DNA of 63,976 bases, filler included, from Licmophora abbreviata (lineage: Eukaryota): assembly GCA_900291995.1 (NCBI GenBank). It is 22 parts of 22 records of this genome, joined end to end, with 100 filler letters (N's around TTAATTAATTAA, not from the genome) between each part and the next. Parts side by side here need not be neighbours in the genome. Positions count along the whole stretch, not along the records: positions 1 to 1,030 come from OLMU01003155.1; positions 1,131 to 3,256 come from OLMU01003156.1; positions 3,357 to 7,545 come from OLMU01003157.1; positions 7,646 to 9,992 come from OLMU01003158.1; positions 10,093 to 13,937 come from OLMU01003160.1; 17 more parts are not named here. One strand, given 5' to 3'. Made by a program: the position numbers and the translations under genes. Shown here one piece after another: positions 1-12,352 of this stretch (position 1 is its first letter; each line of letters begins with the position of its first letter). The notes beneath the pieces are model-generated. The model made no database searches, had not been told where the DNA came from, and saw only the letters and a list, made by a program, of their open reading frames with translations.

Positions 1-953
1 GGGGGGTGTTACCGCAGTGACTGTGTGTACTCACACGATGTGGGAGCGAAAGCCTGCCTTTTTTGGTTGCGGGGTCGATGTGGAAAGGGGCAGGGTTGTC
101 GATTTCTACATGGATTTTCAGAGACCCTCATTGATGGCATGAGCGATAGTCCGGTAGGGGATGGCGCGATATCTCAGCGCGCATCTGTCCAATCACTTGA
201 AGGAACCTCATCAGGTCCCTTGATGTCCTCGCATGGCGCGCAGACAGCGTTTTCTGGAATGCTGCAACCAATCCTCATATCTCCTCGCCTTTCCTTTCGA
301 GCTCCCATACATCACACTCATCAGGTGCCATCGCTTACTCTTCCAAGGATGGTACTGGCTCTCAGGCTTCTTCGTGGGGTGCGTCCTCTTCGATGGAATC
401 GTACATGCAGAACATGATCCTCGTTGAGTCAGCAGATTCGCGGGTTGTGTCCCAGACTGGGTACTCATTCGCGAGCGTCGCCACGCAAGGGTATACGGAA
501 GAATCATTTCCTGAGGCGTCAGCAACCTATGCCGATTCTTCCTCTTTGAAAGAAAAGGGCAGGACAGTGCGCATTCCGCAAGATTTATGGAATGATCATA
601 TCCATCGAAACCCCAACGTCTTCCACATTGCCGATCCTCTGGAACGGTACAACGAAGTGTCCCTGTTGATATCTAGAGACGATGTCATCGACTTGCACTA
701 TCAATCGACAACAACATTTCCAGCCGTCCTCTCGAGGATATTGCCGGAAAAGCTTCATACACACGCTGATGTGTGGATTGTCACCGGTAGCGGCCATCAC
801 GTCGGTCGGAACACGCATCAAAAAGGCGGCGGGGCGCTAGAGTCGGCTGTGATTGTCTGGCTGTCAGAGGAAGGTTACAGGTATGATTTGGGCCGGGACC
901 GTAACGGTCATGGCGGGGCGCTACTCGTGAAGAGGGATGGATATTCTTGCTAA
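1..953 (+). CDS. CCCH zinc-finger + C-terminal Smr-domain protein (5'-partial; apparent frameshift near 270)
   Basis: Frame +1 gives CYRSDCVYSH and CLFWLRGRCGKGQGCRFLH (CCCH fingers). Frame +3 gives the Smr motifs IDLHYQ, WIVTGSGHH and GHGGALLV. The two frames join only by a shift. Confidence 0.8.
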
Positions 954-1030
954 GCGCTCCCATTTACGATAAACGTGAACTAGTGAAAATGAAAAGCATG
1001 GTCACACATTAATGTAGTTAGACTAATTAC

Positions 1031-1130
1031 NNNNNNNNNNNNNNNNNNNNNNNNNNNNNNNNNNNNNNNNNNNNTTAATTAATTAANNNNNNNNNNNNNN
1101 NNNNNNNNNNNNNNNNNNNNNNNNNNNNNN
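1031..1130. other. Artificial scaffold spacer (N-run + TTAATTAATTAA + N-run); first of 21 identical 100-nt spacers in the window
   Basis: Six-frame stop linker inside N runs. It recurs at 3257, 7546, 9993, 13938, 15630, 19800, 21111, 24496, 25984, 30040, 32715, 33974, 35447, 38071, 40215, 43759, 46076, 47401, 50676 and 62240. Confidence 0.98.
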
Positions 1131-1137
1131 TAGTTCC

Positions 1138-4100
1138 TCAGCACCGAAATTCCTGCCTCTTGCGATAGCGGAGCTGGCCGGACGAGTAGCTCGATGAGGA
1201 ACTGTAATCCTCGGAGTCGTACGACGACTCGCTTTGCTCCACGCTGGATGAATGGCGTATCTCTGGTTGCTGAAGCCGCGACTGCGCGCCTATACCTTTT
1301 CGAGGTGATCCATCTTCGTTCTGGTTCGTCTTGCTGGATGACGCGGCGTTGTTACTGTCACGCATGCGAGCGATATAACGGGCGACAGCATCCCAATCAT
1401 TCTCCGAAATGAACTTGTCGAGTTCACTCTGGGTCCACTCAGAGAGCTGTTTATTCCTGTGGTCCGCTTCCAAGCTTCCTTCTGTTGAGTCAAAGCTGAC
1501 TCCACGCATGTCCTCCGTCACAACAGCCGCCAGTTCCCAGTTCTTGTTTTGAATGGCGTCGTCAAGAGTTTTCCGTCTCGAGTTCTCAAATTTTTCCTTC
1601 CTTATCATAAAGTCCGAATCCGGAGCACTGAGAGCCGATATCGAGTCCGTCTCGTCTTGATACGGCATGTCGTTGTCCACAAGGTATCGACTGTCGTCTT
1701 CGGTCTCGCTCATGGAATGGTAAGGATTTGATTTATGGGTCTTCTGAGGGATGGCATGGCCGCGGAACCTCTCGGTTCTAAGTCCATAACTATTGCTGGT
1801 AAACTCTTCAACGTGTAATTCGCGGTTTCGGAGTACGGCCTGCTTCTTTGGAGGCTTAGATATCACGGCATTGTTCGCGATCCGCAATTCAGTCGCACCC
1901 TCCGGAGGTTCGTCACTGGTAAGACTGGTATTCCCCTCTGACGCCTGTGCAATAGAACCAGAGAGTGGGGCGAGGTTGGAGATCTTCTGGGTCCTGTCAG
2001 TTTTCGATGTATACCCGGTGGCGTTTGTAGTCGACGTCCGGGTCCGACCTTTCATGCTGACACTAGGTATGACTGGCAGACTATCAAGCACGATGTCACG
2101 GCTCTCCTCCTTTTCATCGTTCACAGGTGGTGACCAGTCGCTGCTAGCAAAAGAGCAGGAATTCTTGATGGGCTCGTCGAATGGTTGCGGCTGCACGAGG
2201 TCACGGAGCTGCGTCAGAAGCTCATCTTCCCGTCCATCATACTGTTCAATAAGTTGATCAACACTAGACGGATCTGGTGGTGCCATCTCCATTAGCAGGC
2301 CCCTGATTTCCTTCTTCTTTCCGTTGGGGTTGTTCTGGGCAAGGTTCGCTCCAAGTAAAGTCGCCACAGCCGTGTTGCTCACCCAGTCGACCCCACTGTC
2401 CGACTTGACCTGACGTGTCGCTTCTCCTCCAGGTGAGACATCATTGTCTTTCCCTTTCGATAGCACCTTCTTCATCTTGAGCTGCGTGTCGAATCCATCA
2501 GGCTTGGTCCAAGTAGTCTGACGGGTGAGACGGTGATAGTAATATGTCCGGCCAGTATTCCGGTCGACAACCGACTTCCATTGTGGCTTGGCAGCCCTGC
2601 CGGACGAGGAAACCTCTGGAGTGCTTCGGACGCGACCAAGCGAAGAGGTTTGAGTCTCCTGCTCTTTGCCCTTGTCCACCGACAACTTCATTTGTCTTCC
2701 ACTGCTAGTCTTTGACGCCAATGTGTGAGGAGTCGACGCTTCAGCATTGGGGGGGGAGGAAGTTACTCTACGAATGTCACTGAGGATCTTCGCCTTCCTC
2801 TCCTCTTTGGTAACTTCTTCATCAGCTTCTTTCGTCTCGGTCATCTTGAACTCATCAGGGGGGCCCCCTCCATGTATATTAGTATCAATTTCCAGTGTGA
2901 CACCTGCTTCTCTTCTGCGATCTTCTTCGTTTTCTTCGGGGATCTTGTTGAGCGCCCGTGACATCCGTTTCACCAAAGAGGATTTTTTGGTTTCGTTTTC
3001 TGGGTCCGCTCCGAAAACAGCCAGATACGTAGCCTCTTTTTCGTCGTTTTTCTTCTTCCGCATCCAGTTGGGAAGACGCTTCCGCTTGGTGTCCTTGAGG
3101 GAGTCCTCCTCCAGAACGAGCTCAAAGTTCTCGTGATACGAAGACGTGTCCGGCGAAGGTGCGTTGGTAGCACTTTCTTCAGCAGCACTTTCCCCAGCAC
3201 CAGGTTTGTCAACACCAGGTTTGTCGACAGCAGGTTCGTTAACCATATGCTCTCGTNNNNNNNNNNNNNNNNNNNNNNNNNNNNNNNNNNNNNNNNNNNN
3301 TTAATTAATTAANNNNNNNNNNNNNNNNNNNNNNNNNNNNNNNNNNNNNNNNNNNNCTCGTGATACGAAGACGTGTCCGGCGAAGGTGCGTTGGTAGCAC
3401 TTTCTTCAGCAGCACTTTCCCCAGCACCAGGTTTGTCAACACCAGGTTTGTCGACAGCAGGTTCGTTAACCATATGCTCTCGTTTCACGTAAAGTTGAGA
3501 CATGTCGTCGTCTTCAGATGGTGCCATGCCCCACACCGGAGGAGCGACCGGTGATGCAGCCTGAGCTCTGTCGGGAGTACAGGCTGCATTCTGACCGCTG
3601 AAAGGAGTTTTGCAGGCATCCTCGAACATCCCGAGGAGATTGGTCACCACCTCCGATGGATCAGCTGTGAAGCCCACGGTGCCGCGGTCTGCAGTACTTG
3701 CGACAATGTACCCGTTTCCGTCAGTAGATGTAAGAGCCGAGGTATAACCTGTATTTGCTGTCTCGGTGTGAGTGTCAGCGTAGGAGCCACCGACAGCAGT
3801 TGAACCATCCTGTGTCGCATAAGAGGGGGGTGGGAGCTCCTTGCGGTAAGGAAGGGTATCGGGGATTTCAACCGGGTTCGAGTAGTACCCTTTGTGCTGT
3901 TGCATTACGGAGTGTGAAAGGTCAGAGATGGTAGTTCCGGACACAGAATTTTCTCCACTGGGAGCGTCTGGTGCAACATTGCTACGACTAGAAGAAGCAG
4001 TCGTGACGACCATGACGCTCAGAGGAGCCTCTGGGCTGTCTGGGCTCGTAGGGGGGGTAGGCGCTTCGATGGGAACTGGGGCATCTCGGCTCTTCTTTCC

Positions 4101-4223
4101 TAGGAAACGCTTCGAAGACCACTTCTTCCCCGCGTCGTCAGATCGCGTCGCCTTCTGTTCACCATTGCTATTCGAGCGCAGCAGGTCCCGTTTATCCGCC
4201 TTCTTCTTACGAAGAAAAACCAT
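1138..4223 (-). CDS. Low-complexity WW-domain protein (~952 aa after merging overlapping contigs)
   Basis: WW motif QWKSVVDRNTGRTYYYHRLTRQTTWTKP. 3130-3256 is identical to 3357-3483, so ORFs 3309-4223 and 1138-3246 fuse in frame. Confidence 0.85.
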
Positions 4224-5049
4224 TTTCCGATCGCAATGGATGAACGGGCTGGCGCGGTCAGCGCAAATCCGATTCCAATATCGATCGAATCAAAGGCTAA
4301 AACAGGTCAAAACGAGCGCCCGTCAACCTTTCTTTCTCTCGGCGATACTCTTCTGTTATCTGATTTTTAGAAGCGGCCCGTGGGTCCCCAAACAATTCTG
4401 TTCTTGATATCGTACGACCCAAAACTGAGCTCAGTTCGTCCTAAACTTACTTCAGGGCGAACAGAAATGACACCTCCGACCATTTTGCGATTGAATTTTT
4501 CCACAACGTGAGCGGTGCATCAAAATTTTTACCGCGTCTTCATGATTGAATATCGTTCCGGGACCCATGCTCTTGTTCATATGCTTTATTCTTAGCTACC
4601 TATACATTTATTATTAACTGCTTTCCATCGCAGAAGGTGATCTGCGCGCGCATTGGTCCGACTGGCGCCGAGCGCGAGGGCCTTGCCGACTGATGGACGT
4701 GCCGTGGATGTGTCTCTCTAAATAATACTTCGTCTATCGTCACTATCATAGCTACGACCAACATAGGGCTCATCAGATTGGAAGAGTTTCACATACCTGC
4801 TACAGCGTTCGAACTCTGCTTGACGTAGGACACAGCAAGCGGTTTGCGTCAGCATGGTGCCGTCGAGCATATCATAACGTTGGTATCTCTCCTACAAATT
4901 CTGGAAGAACCAATAGAGTTAGCAACCTGGTTTCTCGCCCTGTTCAACGTGATTCGTTCGAATCGCACCCTAGGTTCTCAGAACAAGTAGAAGTTTGCTA
5001 GCGAGCGTCCTAGCTAGTGGTGTTAGTCACGCGTAGAGTTGAGCTATTG

Positions 5050-5853
5050 TCAAACGATTGTTGACTCTGGTCTTGTTCCCTCAAAGTTGGTCCAAGATTT
5101 CGCTCCATACGGCAGTGCCCCATTGGTGCCCCCTTCGTCGGTAAGCAGAGATTCTTTCTTGTCTTCCAGTCCAGATTCGTCTGGTTCGTGGGCACTTGCA
5201 TGTTCCGCCTTCGCTTGCAGGTACGAGTCGGCGATCCAAAAGTAAATGACGTTCAAGACGCCTGGGAATAAGATCATGACAAAGACGAGCTCAAATCGGA
5301 TGTTGAACTGAATCGGAGCAAACAGGATTCCTCCGACATACGCAAGTTGATCTGACAGAAGCCACATAAACAGATAGATTATGAGCTTGACAAGCGTGAG
5401 AATGAAGAGCCAAGCTATTACTTGGTGGGCCCAGTGAATCAGCCCATCAGGTCCAGAGTAAACGCCGGAATGGCGAAGAGTCAACCAGTCGTTCTCATTC
5501 GCAATATAGTCCAATGCCTTAACAAACATGACAGCAAGCACCAGCCCAATCGTCGTGTCGATCAAGTAGGAGAAGCCGTACCAGGCGCACTGGTCTTCCA
5601 GGACACTTTCTCCCCGAATATTGTTAGAAATGATAGCAGCAATGATCATGTTGCATACGTGGGCATAGCATGCCCCGAATGCTTGTTTTGAAATATCCAG
5701 GAGCCATGTCATGAACTTTCGTCTAGGTACCTCGATCATGCGCTTGATCCAGAGAAAGCCGAGAGCGAAGGCTGCCAATAGTATCTGCACGACAACAGTG
5801 AAGAAATCGTCCCCATCGTAGACCTTGCAGACTTGATTTCCGTTGTCTGCCAT
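5050..5853 (-). CDS. STIMATE/TMEM110-family membrane protein
   Basis: Motifs KRMIEVPRR..WLLDISKQ, DQCAWY...IDTTIG, SGVY, ELVFVMILFPGVLNVIYFWIADSYL; about 5 TM helices. Confidence 0.85.
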   Translation of the reverse strand: MADNGNQVCKVYDGDDFFTVVVQILLAAFALGFLWIKRMIEVPRRKFMTWLLDISKQAFGACYAHVCNMIIAAIISNNIRGESVLEDQCAWYGFSYLIDTTIGLVLAVMFVKALDYIANENDWLTLRHSGVYSGPDGLIHWAHQVIAWLFILTLVKLIIYLFMWLLSDQLAYVGGILFAPIQFNIRFELVFVMILFPGVLNVIYFWIADSYLQAKAEHASAHEPDESGLEDKKESLLTDEGGTNGALPYGAKSWTNFEGTRPESTIV

Positions 5854-6505
5854 CGTCCTTGTTCACCTGTCAAAATGTTACTGACGCGGGATGAGGCTTC
5901 CTAATGTAGCTGGAATGATAACGACGCGGTGCTCCTGCCTTTTTCCCTTGGCCGTTTTGATGAAGCGTTGTGTGACTTTCCAGCATGTGGAGCAATCAAC
6001 AGAAGAAAGAATGCGCCGAAAGCTCGGGTCACTCCGCAATTTTGTATGGATTCAGCGCAAGTGTGTCACAGCTTTCGCAACGGATACTTCTGAATCCTGT
6101 CAACGGACTTCACGCGCGAGACGAGGCGGCCCGACTCACACGAATCAATCGACTCGATTTGATTGTTTGATTCATTCGACTCAGTCACTCATTCTCATTC
6201 ATTCATCCATTCTCTCACATCGTGGGTTGTCTGCCACGAGCTGTACTATAGTGCACTACTCCGAGTAGACTACGAGTAAGCGCGTTCTCCCGAGCTACTA
6301 CTTGACAGTCAAACTGCCTCTGCCTCGAACCATCACTCCAATACCACTCGCTAATCATTGAAACACCAGCATAGGCATAACAGATGCACTAAAATTATCG
6401 AACTACTAAGAGAAATCTCAACCGGCATGCGCCGGGAGATAACATACAGTGAGAGCGCGACACGCTGCAAGTGAACAGCAGCGGTGCACAACTCGAAGGG
6501 AGAAC

Positions 6506-7545
6506 TTAGGCGGCGATCTCTTCGGTCTCATCCTCATCAGCGTAACCCTTGCCCATCTCCTCATCCTTGGCGGCCTTCTCGGGGTACTCGTCGTCGTCGT
6601 CGCTTTCAGATTCAGACTCGGACTCGGACTCTTCAGGAAGGCCAGTGTGCTCGGCGAGAGCTTCGAGCCTGTGCTTCACGTACTCCATGTCCTCAGGGAG
6701 AGCCTTCTCGTATTCCTTACGACGCTGGCGGTTGGCCACGCAGGTCGTGCATGACTCAAGACCTCCCTGGCAGCGGCACCAGTAGACGAACCAGACGACA
6801 GTCAAGAAAAGGACAATCGTGAGGACAGCTCCGAGCACATCGAAGGCGGCGGTGTCCTGCTCGAACAGAGCAGAGAGACCAAGAAGGACGGCGGGGAGAA
6901 GGAAGAACATGACTCCAATGTAGACAAGGGGGAATCCACGCCAGATACGCGTGACCTTTCCGAGCTTGCGTGCCATCGTGATGGGAACGTTACGCATGAA
7001 CGGGATCGGGTACCAAATCAGAATACCTGTCAGGGAAGAGACACAACAACATGAGACTTTGACCGCATTTCAAAACCAAAAGAGATGGGGGCGATCAAGC
7101 TGTGTACTCGTACCGGTGATGTTGAAGAAGAGATGCGCAAGGGCGACCTGAAGAGACTCGACCTTGTCGGAAACCAGGGCGGCCATGAGGGCCGTCACGG
7201 TGGTACCGATGTTAGCTCCAAGGGTCAACGGGTACATCTGCTCGAGCTGAAGAGCTCCCATTCCGACAAAAGGGGTCAACGTGGACGTAGTGATGGACGA
7301 AGACTGCACAAGGATGGTGATACCGGCACCGACCATCATGGCAAGGTAGCCGTTGATGTTGGTGGCCTTGTAGATAATACGAGTGGACATTCCCAAAAGC
7401 ATCTTTCGGAGGATCCAGACGAGACCAATGAGGCACGCAACCAGCATGGCAAGGGCCATGATGAACGTCACAGCACCGGAGACCTTGTCGTCACCCTCGG
7501 TGGCCTCAGCATCGAAGAAAGCGGGGCAGTCGCCAGACTTCTTGT
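6506..7545 (-). CDS. SLC34/NptA-type Na+/phosphate cotransporter (5'-partial; intron 7027-7113)
   Basis: Signatures VQSSSITTST, YPLTLGANIGTT and ALAHLFFNITG|ILIWYPIPFMR; splicing restores the frame. Confidence 0.92.
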
Positions 7546-7645
7546 NNNNNNNNNNNNNNNNNNNNNNNNNNNNNNNNNNNNNNNNNNNNTTAATTAATTA
7601 ANNNNNNNNNNNNNNNNNNNNNNNNNNNNNNNNNNNNNNNNNNNN

Positions 7646-9992
7646 CTGGGGTAGGATTAGATGTACGTTCGTGCCGGCGCGCACTTGGTAGGAATCCACG
7701 TATTTTGCGTATGTAGAAATTATGTAGACTTTCCTACTGGCTCGAGGTTCCAATGCTCAACAAGCCAAGTGAGAGCTCGCACCTCTCGTCGCGCCAAAAA
7801 TAAATCGAAAACGACTAAGTCGAAAAACTATGATTGAAATTCACACTTGCATGCCGACGAGCCGAATTCGATGCAAGGAGAGCATTGGGTGTTACCATCA
7901 TGACTAGCATTGAGTTCGAGAACTTCCACGCAGAAATGCAGCGACGCATTCACCAGCGCAATACTTGGTCGACGTCGCTTTGGTTTCCCATGGAAGGAAC
8001 GAACGGAACGCCAGTGGACATCATGCAGTGGGTTGGTTCGAAGAGTATCTCTTGCCTTACTTTCCCTTCAATGTACAAGCCATCTTCTGAGACAGGCTGG
8101 GATGATCTTCGCTCTGCTCTTCAGCTGGCTTGTCGTGATCAGGGATTTTCGGTCATATCGACAGGCCGAAAAGGCGAGAACGTCCTCCAATGCTCCCAGG
8201 GAAAGCGGACTCAAACGCCAACAAAAACACTTCGCACGTTTGGTGAAAACGATTCCATGTACGCCAAGGGCATTAAAATGACAAGCCTAGTAAACAACAA
8301 GAAACACTCTCGAGGCCCTGAGGGGGGCACGAAGGTCCGCATGACCAGGACGACCCGACCTCCCATCGAATCGACTGACGTTTGCAAGTTTCGGATTGTC
8401 ATTCACGAAAACTATGAGCTTGATGAATTCTACCTAGCCATTGATCAGCGAAAGGGAACAGTTTGCGGGTGCAGAAATCATAGAGGACATCCAAGGCTCA
8501 ATAAAGAAGAAGTCAAAGTTCGGTCAACTTCCGCAGGACAACAGGTCACGAAACTGGCACAGGATGTGCTGGCTTCTCAAGGCGACACCGGACTCGCAAG
8601 GAATCTCATATTCCTACGACACGGCATATCTCTGACATCACAGCAGATTGCGTACTTGAAGTCAATCCGAGAAGAACCCACTCTCTCCAGAGACGGCGAG
8701 GCAAACACCAGTGCTGACAAGCTTATTGCGACGCTCCGCGCGACAAAAGGATGCTCGTTCCTTGTCCTTTATGAAGAGCGGAAGCAAGAGGTAACCGCAG
8801 CTAACCCTTCCCTCCTTACCGTCTACAAGCCCAGAAGGAGTGTGATGCGGTGTGAAATCCACAATACGTGTAAGGATACTGTCGTCACGACCGAGATTGC
8901 ATACGACGACAGACAAGAGCAAATCACAAACGAGATAGACGAAATTCGCACCAGCCTATCGACGTCCGATGGTTCTCGTCTGCTGCTCGCCACCGCTTGG
9001 GTGAATGATCACGAGCTCCGTTTGTTCCTTCAATATCCCGAGGTCCTCTTTGTCGACAGCACCATGGGAACGAATCGCGAAAAGCGCCCACTATTTTGTG
9101 GTGCCGGAAAGGATGCAGAGAATAGAACTTTCACGGCGATCCGAGTTTTCCTTCCATCTGAGCGCTTGTGGGTATTTCAATGGCTGTTTGAGGTGGCCAT
9201 TCCTCGACTTCTAACACTCGATGCGGTGAAGCGAACTCGGACTGTGGTAATGGACGGGGACCGAAACGAGCAAGACTCTTTCCGAAACGCTACAGCCAAG
9301 GCCTTTACTGGGGCGCGCCTCGTTTCATGTATGTGGCACCTTATCACACAGAAGCTTCAAGAGCTTCGGGTCGGCGTACCTGACACAGAAGAGGCCAACT
9401 CATGTCTCAAAGCATTTAATGACTGGTGCATGTCATTTGGTACAAGTGTTGAATCGGAGGCAGAGTACGCCACGTCAAAAGTCCTGCTTCGCCACTGGCT
9501 ACGACGACCAACAACAGTCAACGCCCTTGGTGAAGCGAAGATATGCGAGATGGAGAATTGGCTGTTGAAAAATCTATTTCCCCATGAGACAAAGTTTGTT
9601 TTTCACTTTCGCAAGCATGTGCGGCACTTCGAAAATAAGACAAACTCAGTAGTGGAGTCTGGAAACGCAAAGCTCAAAAAGAATCGACGCGGAATCAAGG
9701 CAAGCGCAAATCTTGCCCCGACAGCCGAGAACCTCAACTTCAACGCACAGGTCGACGGTATCGCACTTGACAAGAAAGTTGCAAGCATGTTCACTGCGAC
9801 ACCACTGTGGACGAACTCTGAAACAGCATGTGATGTCACTGAGTTTGCTGAAAAGGTTCTCTCGTGCCGGTGGAAGGACCGCAAGAAGCTTGTGTGGGCT
9901 CGGGTGTCTCCGGATACTTGGTATGTACGGAGAAAGGTCAGGGCTCCGTTTGACAATAGCCCAATACCTCGTTTCGAGCGCACACGTACCAT
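7646..9992 (+). mobile_element. Mutator-like element (MULE) fragment filling one whole contig
   Basis: Intact transposase ORF. The G-rich contig start carries repeated GTAGGA/GTAGA words and an inverted TTCCTAC, a possible TIR or subterminal region. Confidence 0.75.
7900..9992 (+). CDS. MULE DDE transposase (3'-partial)
   Basis: YPEVLFVDSTMGTNREKRPL (D1), VVMDGD (D2), CMWH (CxxH) and NSVVESGNAKLK (E). N-terminal C..C..HxxH resembles a FAR1/WRKY-GCM1-like DNA-binding domain. Confidence 0.88.
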
Positions 9993-10092
9993 NNNNNNNN
10001 NNNNNNNNNNNNNNNNNNNNNNNNNNNNNNNNNNNNTTAATTAATTAANNNNNNNNNNNNNNNNNNNNNNNNNNNNNNNNNNNNNNNNNNNN

Positions 10093-10964
10093 AAACAAGC
10101 TGTTCTTCCCATGGCTCCGCGACAAGCTCTCCGATGTCGATGATACAAAACTGGCGCAAGGCTTCTTGACGGTGCTTGATCAAGTCATTGCAGACCGAAG
10201 AGTTGCGGAACAAATTGGTTTCACGGTGGTATGTTTTTAAAGGGATAGGTGTCGCGATGCGTTGACTAAGTTGACTTGCACTAACGCGTGTGCTGATCAC
10301 TGCTATTCGCATAGACCGAACAAAGTGCGGTGGCGTGTAATCCTTCCGCTACCAACGAAGAGCGACAGAATGCGATTCGTCTTGTGAGGCAACTGGCAAA
10401 TGATCTTTCATCGCGTGTCAGCAATATATTGAAACGGGAAGATAGCTTCCTGGTCCCCGCCGTGTCGGTTCTAGTCTCTGATGCGGAGCAACGATCGTTC
10501 AACAACAAGGTGATTCGGAATCTGGGGATACTGGACTCACGGCTGCATCTCGTCGGTATGTTCGAGGCAGTTCAGGAGAAGGATGCGACTGAACAGCGCT
10601 TGTTCCAAGAGGAGATTCCTTCAGTCTCTCGCTTCATGATTCCGCGCTGGAAACGGACACTTTACGATCCACAGGCTGGAATGCTAGACGACACGCAATG
10701 ACTTCATTCAAATCCTGACAAGCAGGTGCAACTGTTCCTGTCCCCTACAGGTGAGTAAACGAAGTTGATGCATTCATAGAAAGTATCAGATGATACAATG
10801 AGCTCGGCCTGCGCGCGTACATCTTCACAGTTTGTACGCATGACAGCAGTGCCACCTGCAACCGCGCTAAACGTTTCTCGTCGTCCACGGACACTTGGAA
10901 CACTACCTTGAGGTATAAGCGACAGCTCAAAGCTCTAGATGACTTGACGGGTGTTGAGAGCTAG
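10093..10964 (+). pseudogene. 3' part of an unknown gene, possibly decaying
   Basis: Exon NKLFFPWLRD..FTV, a GT-AG intron (~10229-10314), then ORF 10330-10701. Coding-like sequence continues past TGAs at 10699 and 10791. Confidence 0.35.
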
Positions 10965-11219
10965 TTCGGGTTCGTCCTGACGCTTTCCACTTTTGTCGGA
11001 GCTACATTCCCACTCCTGGGCGCTGAGCGCTCTGGCGCAATGACGTGATGGGAGATAACCGTAGCACATACATCCTTTCTACGAAGGAAACTTTTGTGAT
11101 AATGAACTAACAACGTGTCGTTTGCTTCTGATACATGTCACTGCAGGCGATATGACATTAATCGTCGTCTGTAATGAATAACAAGTGAACACACGATTAC
11201 CATTCTATCAAGATACGAT

Positions 11220-12081
11220 CTACTCGGACATGGGCCTTGCCTCCGTTTCATCGCTCCCTTGAGCCCCCGTGACTGCCGACGTAGGTAGAGATTCAATCGC
11301 ATTCTCCTGTGGCTCCTCTTGAGCGGAATCTTCCTGTGAGTCGCTGGCCGGCATCTTCTTGTCGTCCTTAGCGGCACTTGCCTTCGGAGATGTCTCTTCC
11401 GACGCAGCCGGTACACTGATGATCTCGTCTTGTTCTCCCTCTGCGACTTCTACGGACGCAGGAGGATCTGTTTTGGCTTTCTTCGCAGCCGGCGCCCCTT
11501 CGACGCTGTTATTGTCATCGTCGTTGCCTGCATCTTCGGAGGAACGCTTCGCCTTCGCTTTGGCGTCTTTCTTGGACTTCTCATTCGCTCGATAGTTCTC
11601 CAGGAATTGCTTAAGCTCAGGGGTGAACTCTCCAAAGTCTAGTTCCTACATAGTGAAGCACATCACTTGATATGTTAGTAAGTGGGACATACAATAGAGT
11701 GTCGACCACAGATTCCAATTTCCTTCCAAATTTCCTAGACGTAGAAAGCATACGAGAGTCTACGACATCCGTGGCCGGCAGGTACATGCCTAACGAAGCT
11801 CTCACCTTGACTGCTTTCAGGACATCATTGGCAGTGATGGTCTGACGTTTGTTCTCTCTGGCAACGTCGTTTGCACAGGTAGTGAGATAGATGACAAAGA
11901 TACCGACACCGCGAGTAAAAGCGGCAATGGCGTCCTTGGATGTGTTTGTACTCGAAGGAAGCGCTGCCTTGAGGACTCGTCGCACGCACGCCACAGGTGG
12001 CTCGAACTCAAAGTTCGTTGCACCAGAAGATGATGCAGCGGGTTTACTAGCACTCGTCGGCTCGGCGGGTGGAGAACTCAT
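11220..12081 (-). CDS. POLE3: Histone-fold protein, DNA polymerase epsilon subunit 3 / CHRAC17 / Dpb4-like (intron 11646-11805)
   Basis: PPVACVRRVLKAALP..SKDAIAAFTRGVGIFVIYLT..KRQTITANDVLKAVK|ELDFGEF, followed by an acidic tail with a PAAKKAK NLS. Confidence 0.8.
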
Positions 12082-12352
12082 GATGATGCTGTGCAATGAC
12101 AGAGAGCAACATTCATTTCGTCGCTCATCGTCGCCGCCGCTCTTGAAATCGCGATGCATCCTCACACCGCGCGCGCAAAATAGGAGTTTCAAGTTGCATC
12201 GCGAGGTCGCGCTCTCTCCCTCGATACTTCTCGCTTCCATTTTTGAATGTGGTTTGGCGATTGAAACCCGACGACAGCACGTCTCTCTAAAATATACGCG
12301 ATACACGCAGCATAGCTCATCATTCCCAATTATGACAGTCTCCATTCTCATT

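Noticed and set aside
3357..3483. Apparent paralogous duplication of MVNEPAVDKPG...
   Set aside because: Contig overlap across a spacer; merging gives one ORF.
4575..4725. Intron-3'-like tract followed by a GC-rich patch (relic exon or ncRNA)
   Set aside because: No clear donor site, only very short frames, and no recognisable RNA motifs.
6130..6215. TCAT/GATT-rich imperfect repeats upstream of STIMATE
   Set aside because: Low-complexity promoter sequence; no period or structure I can support.
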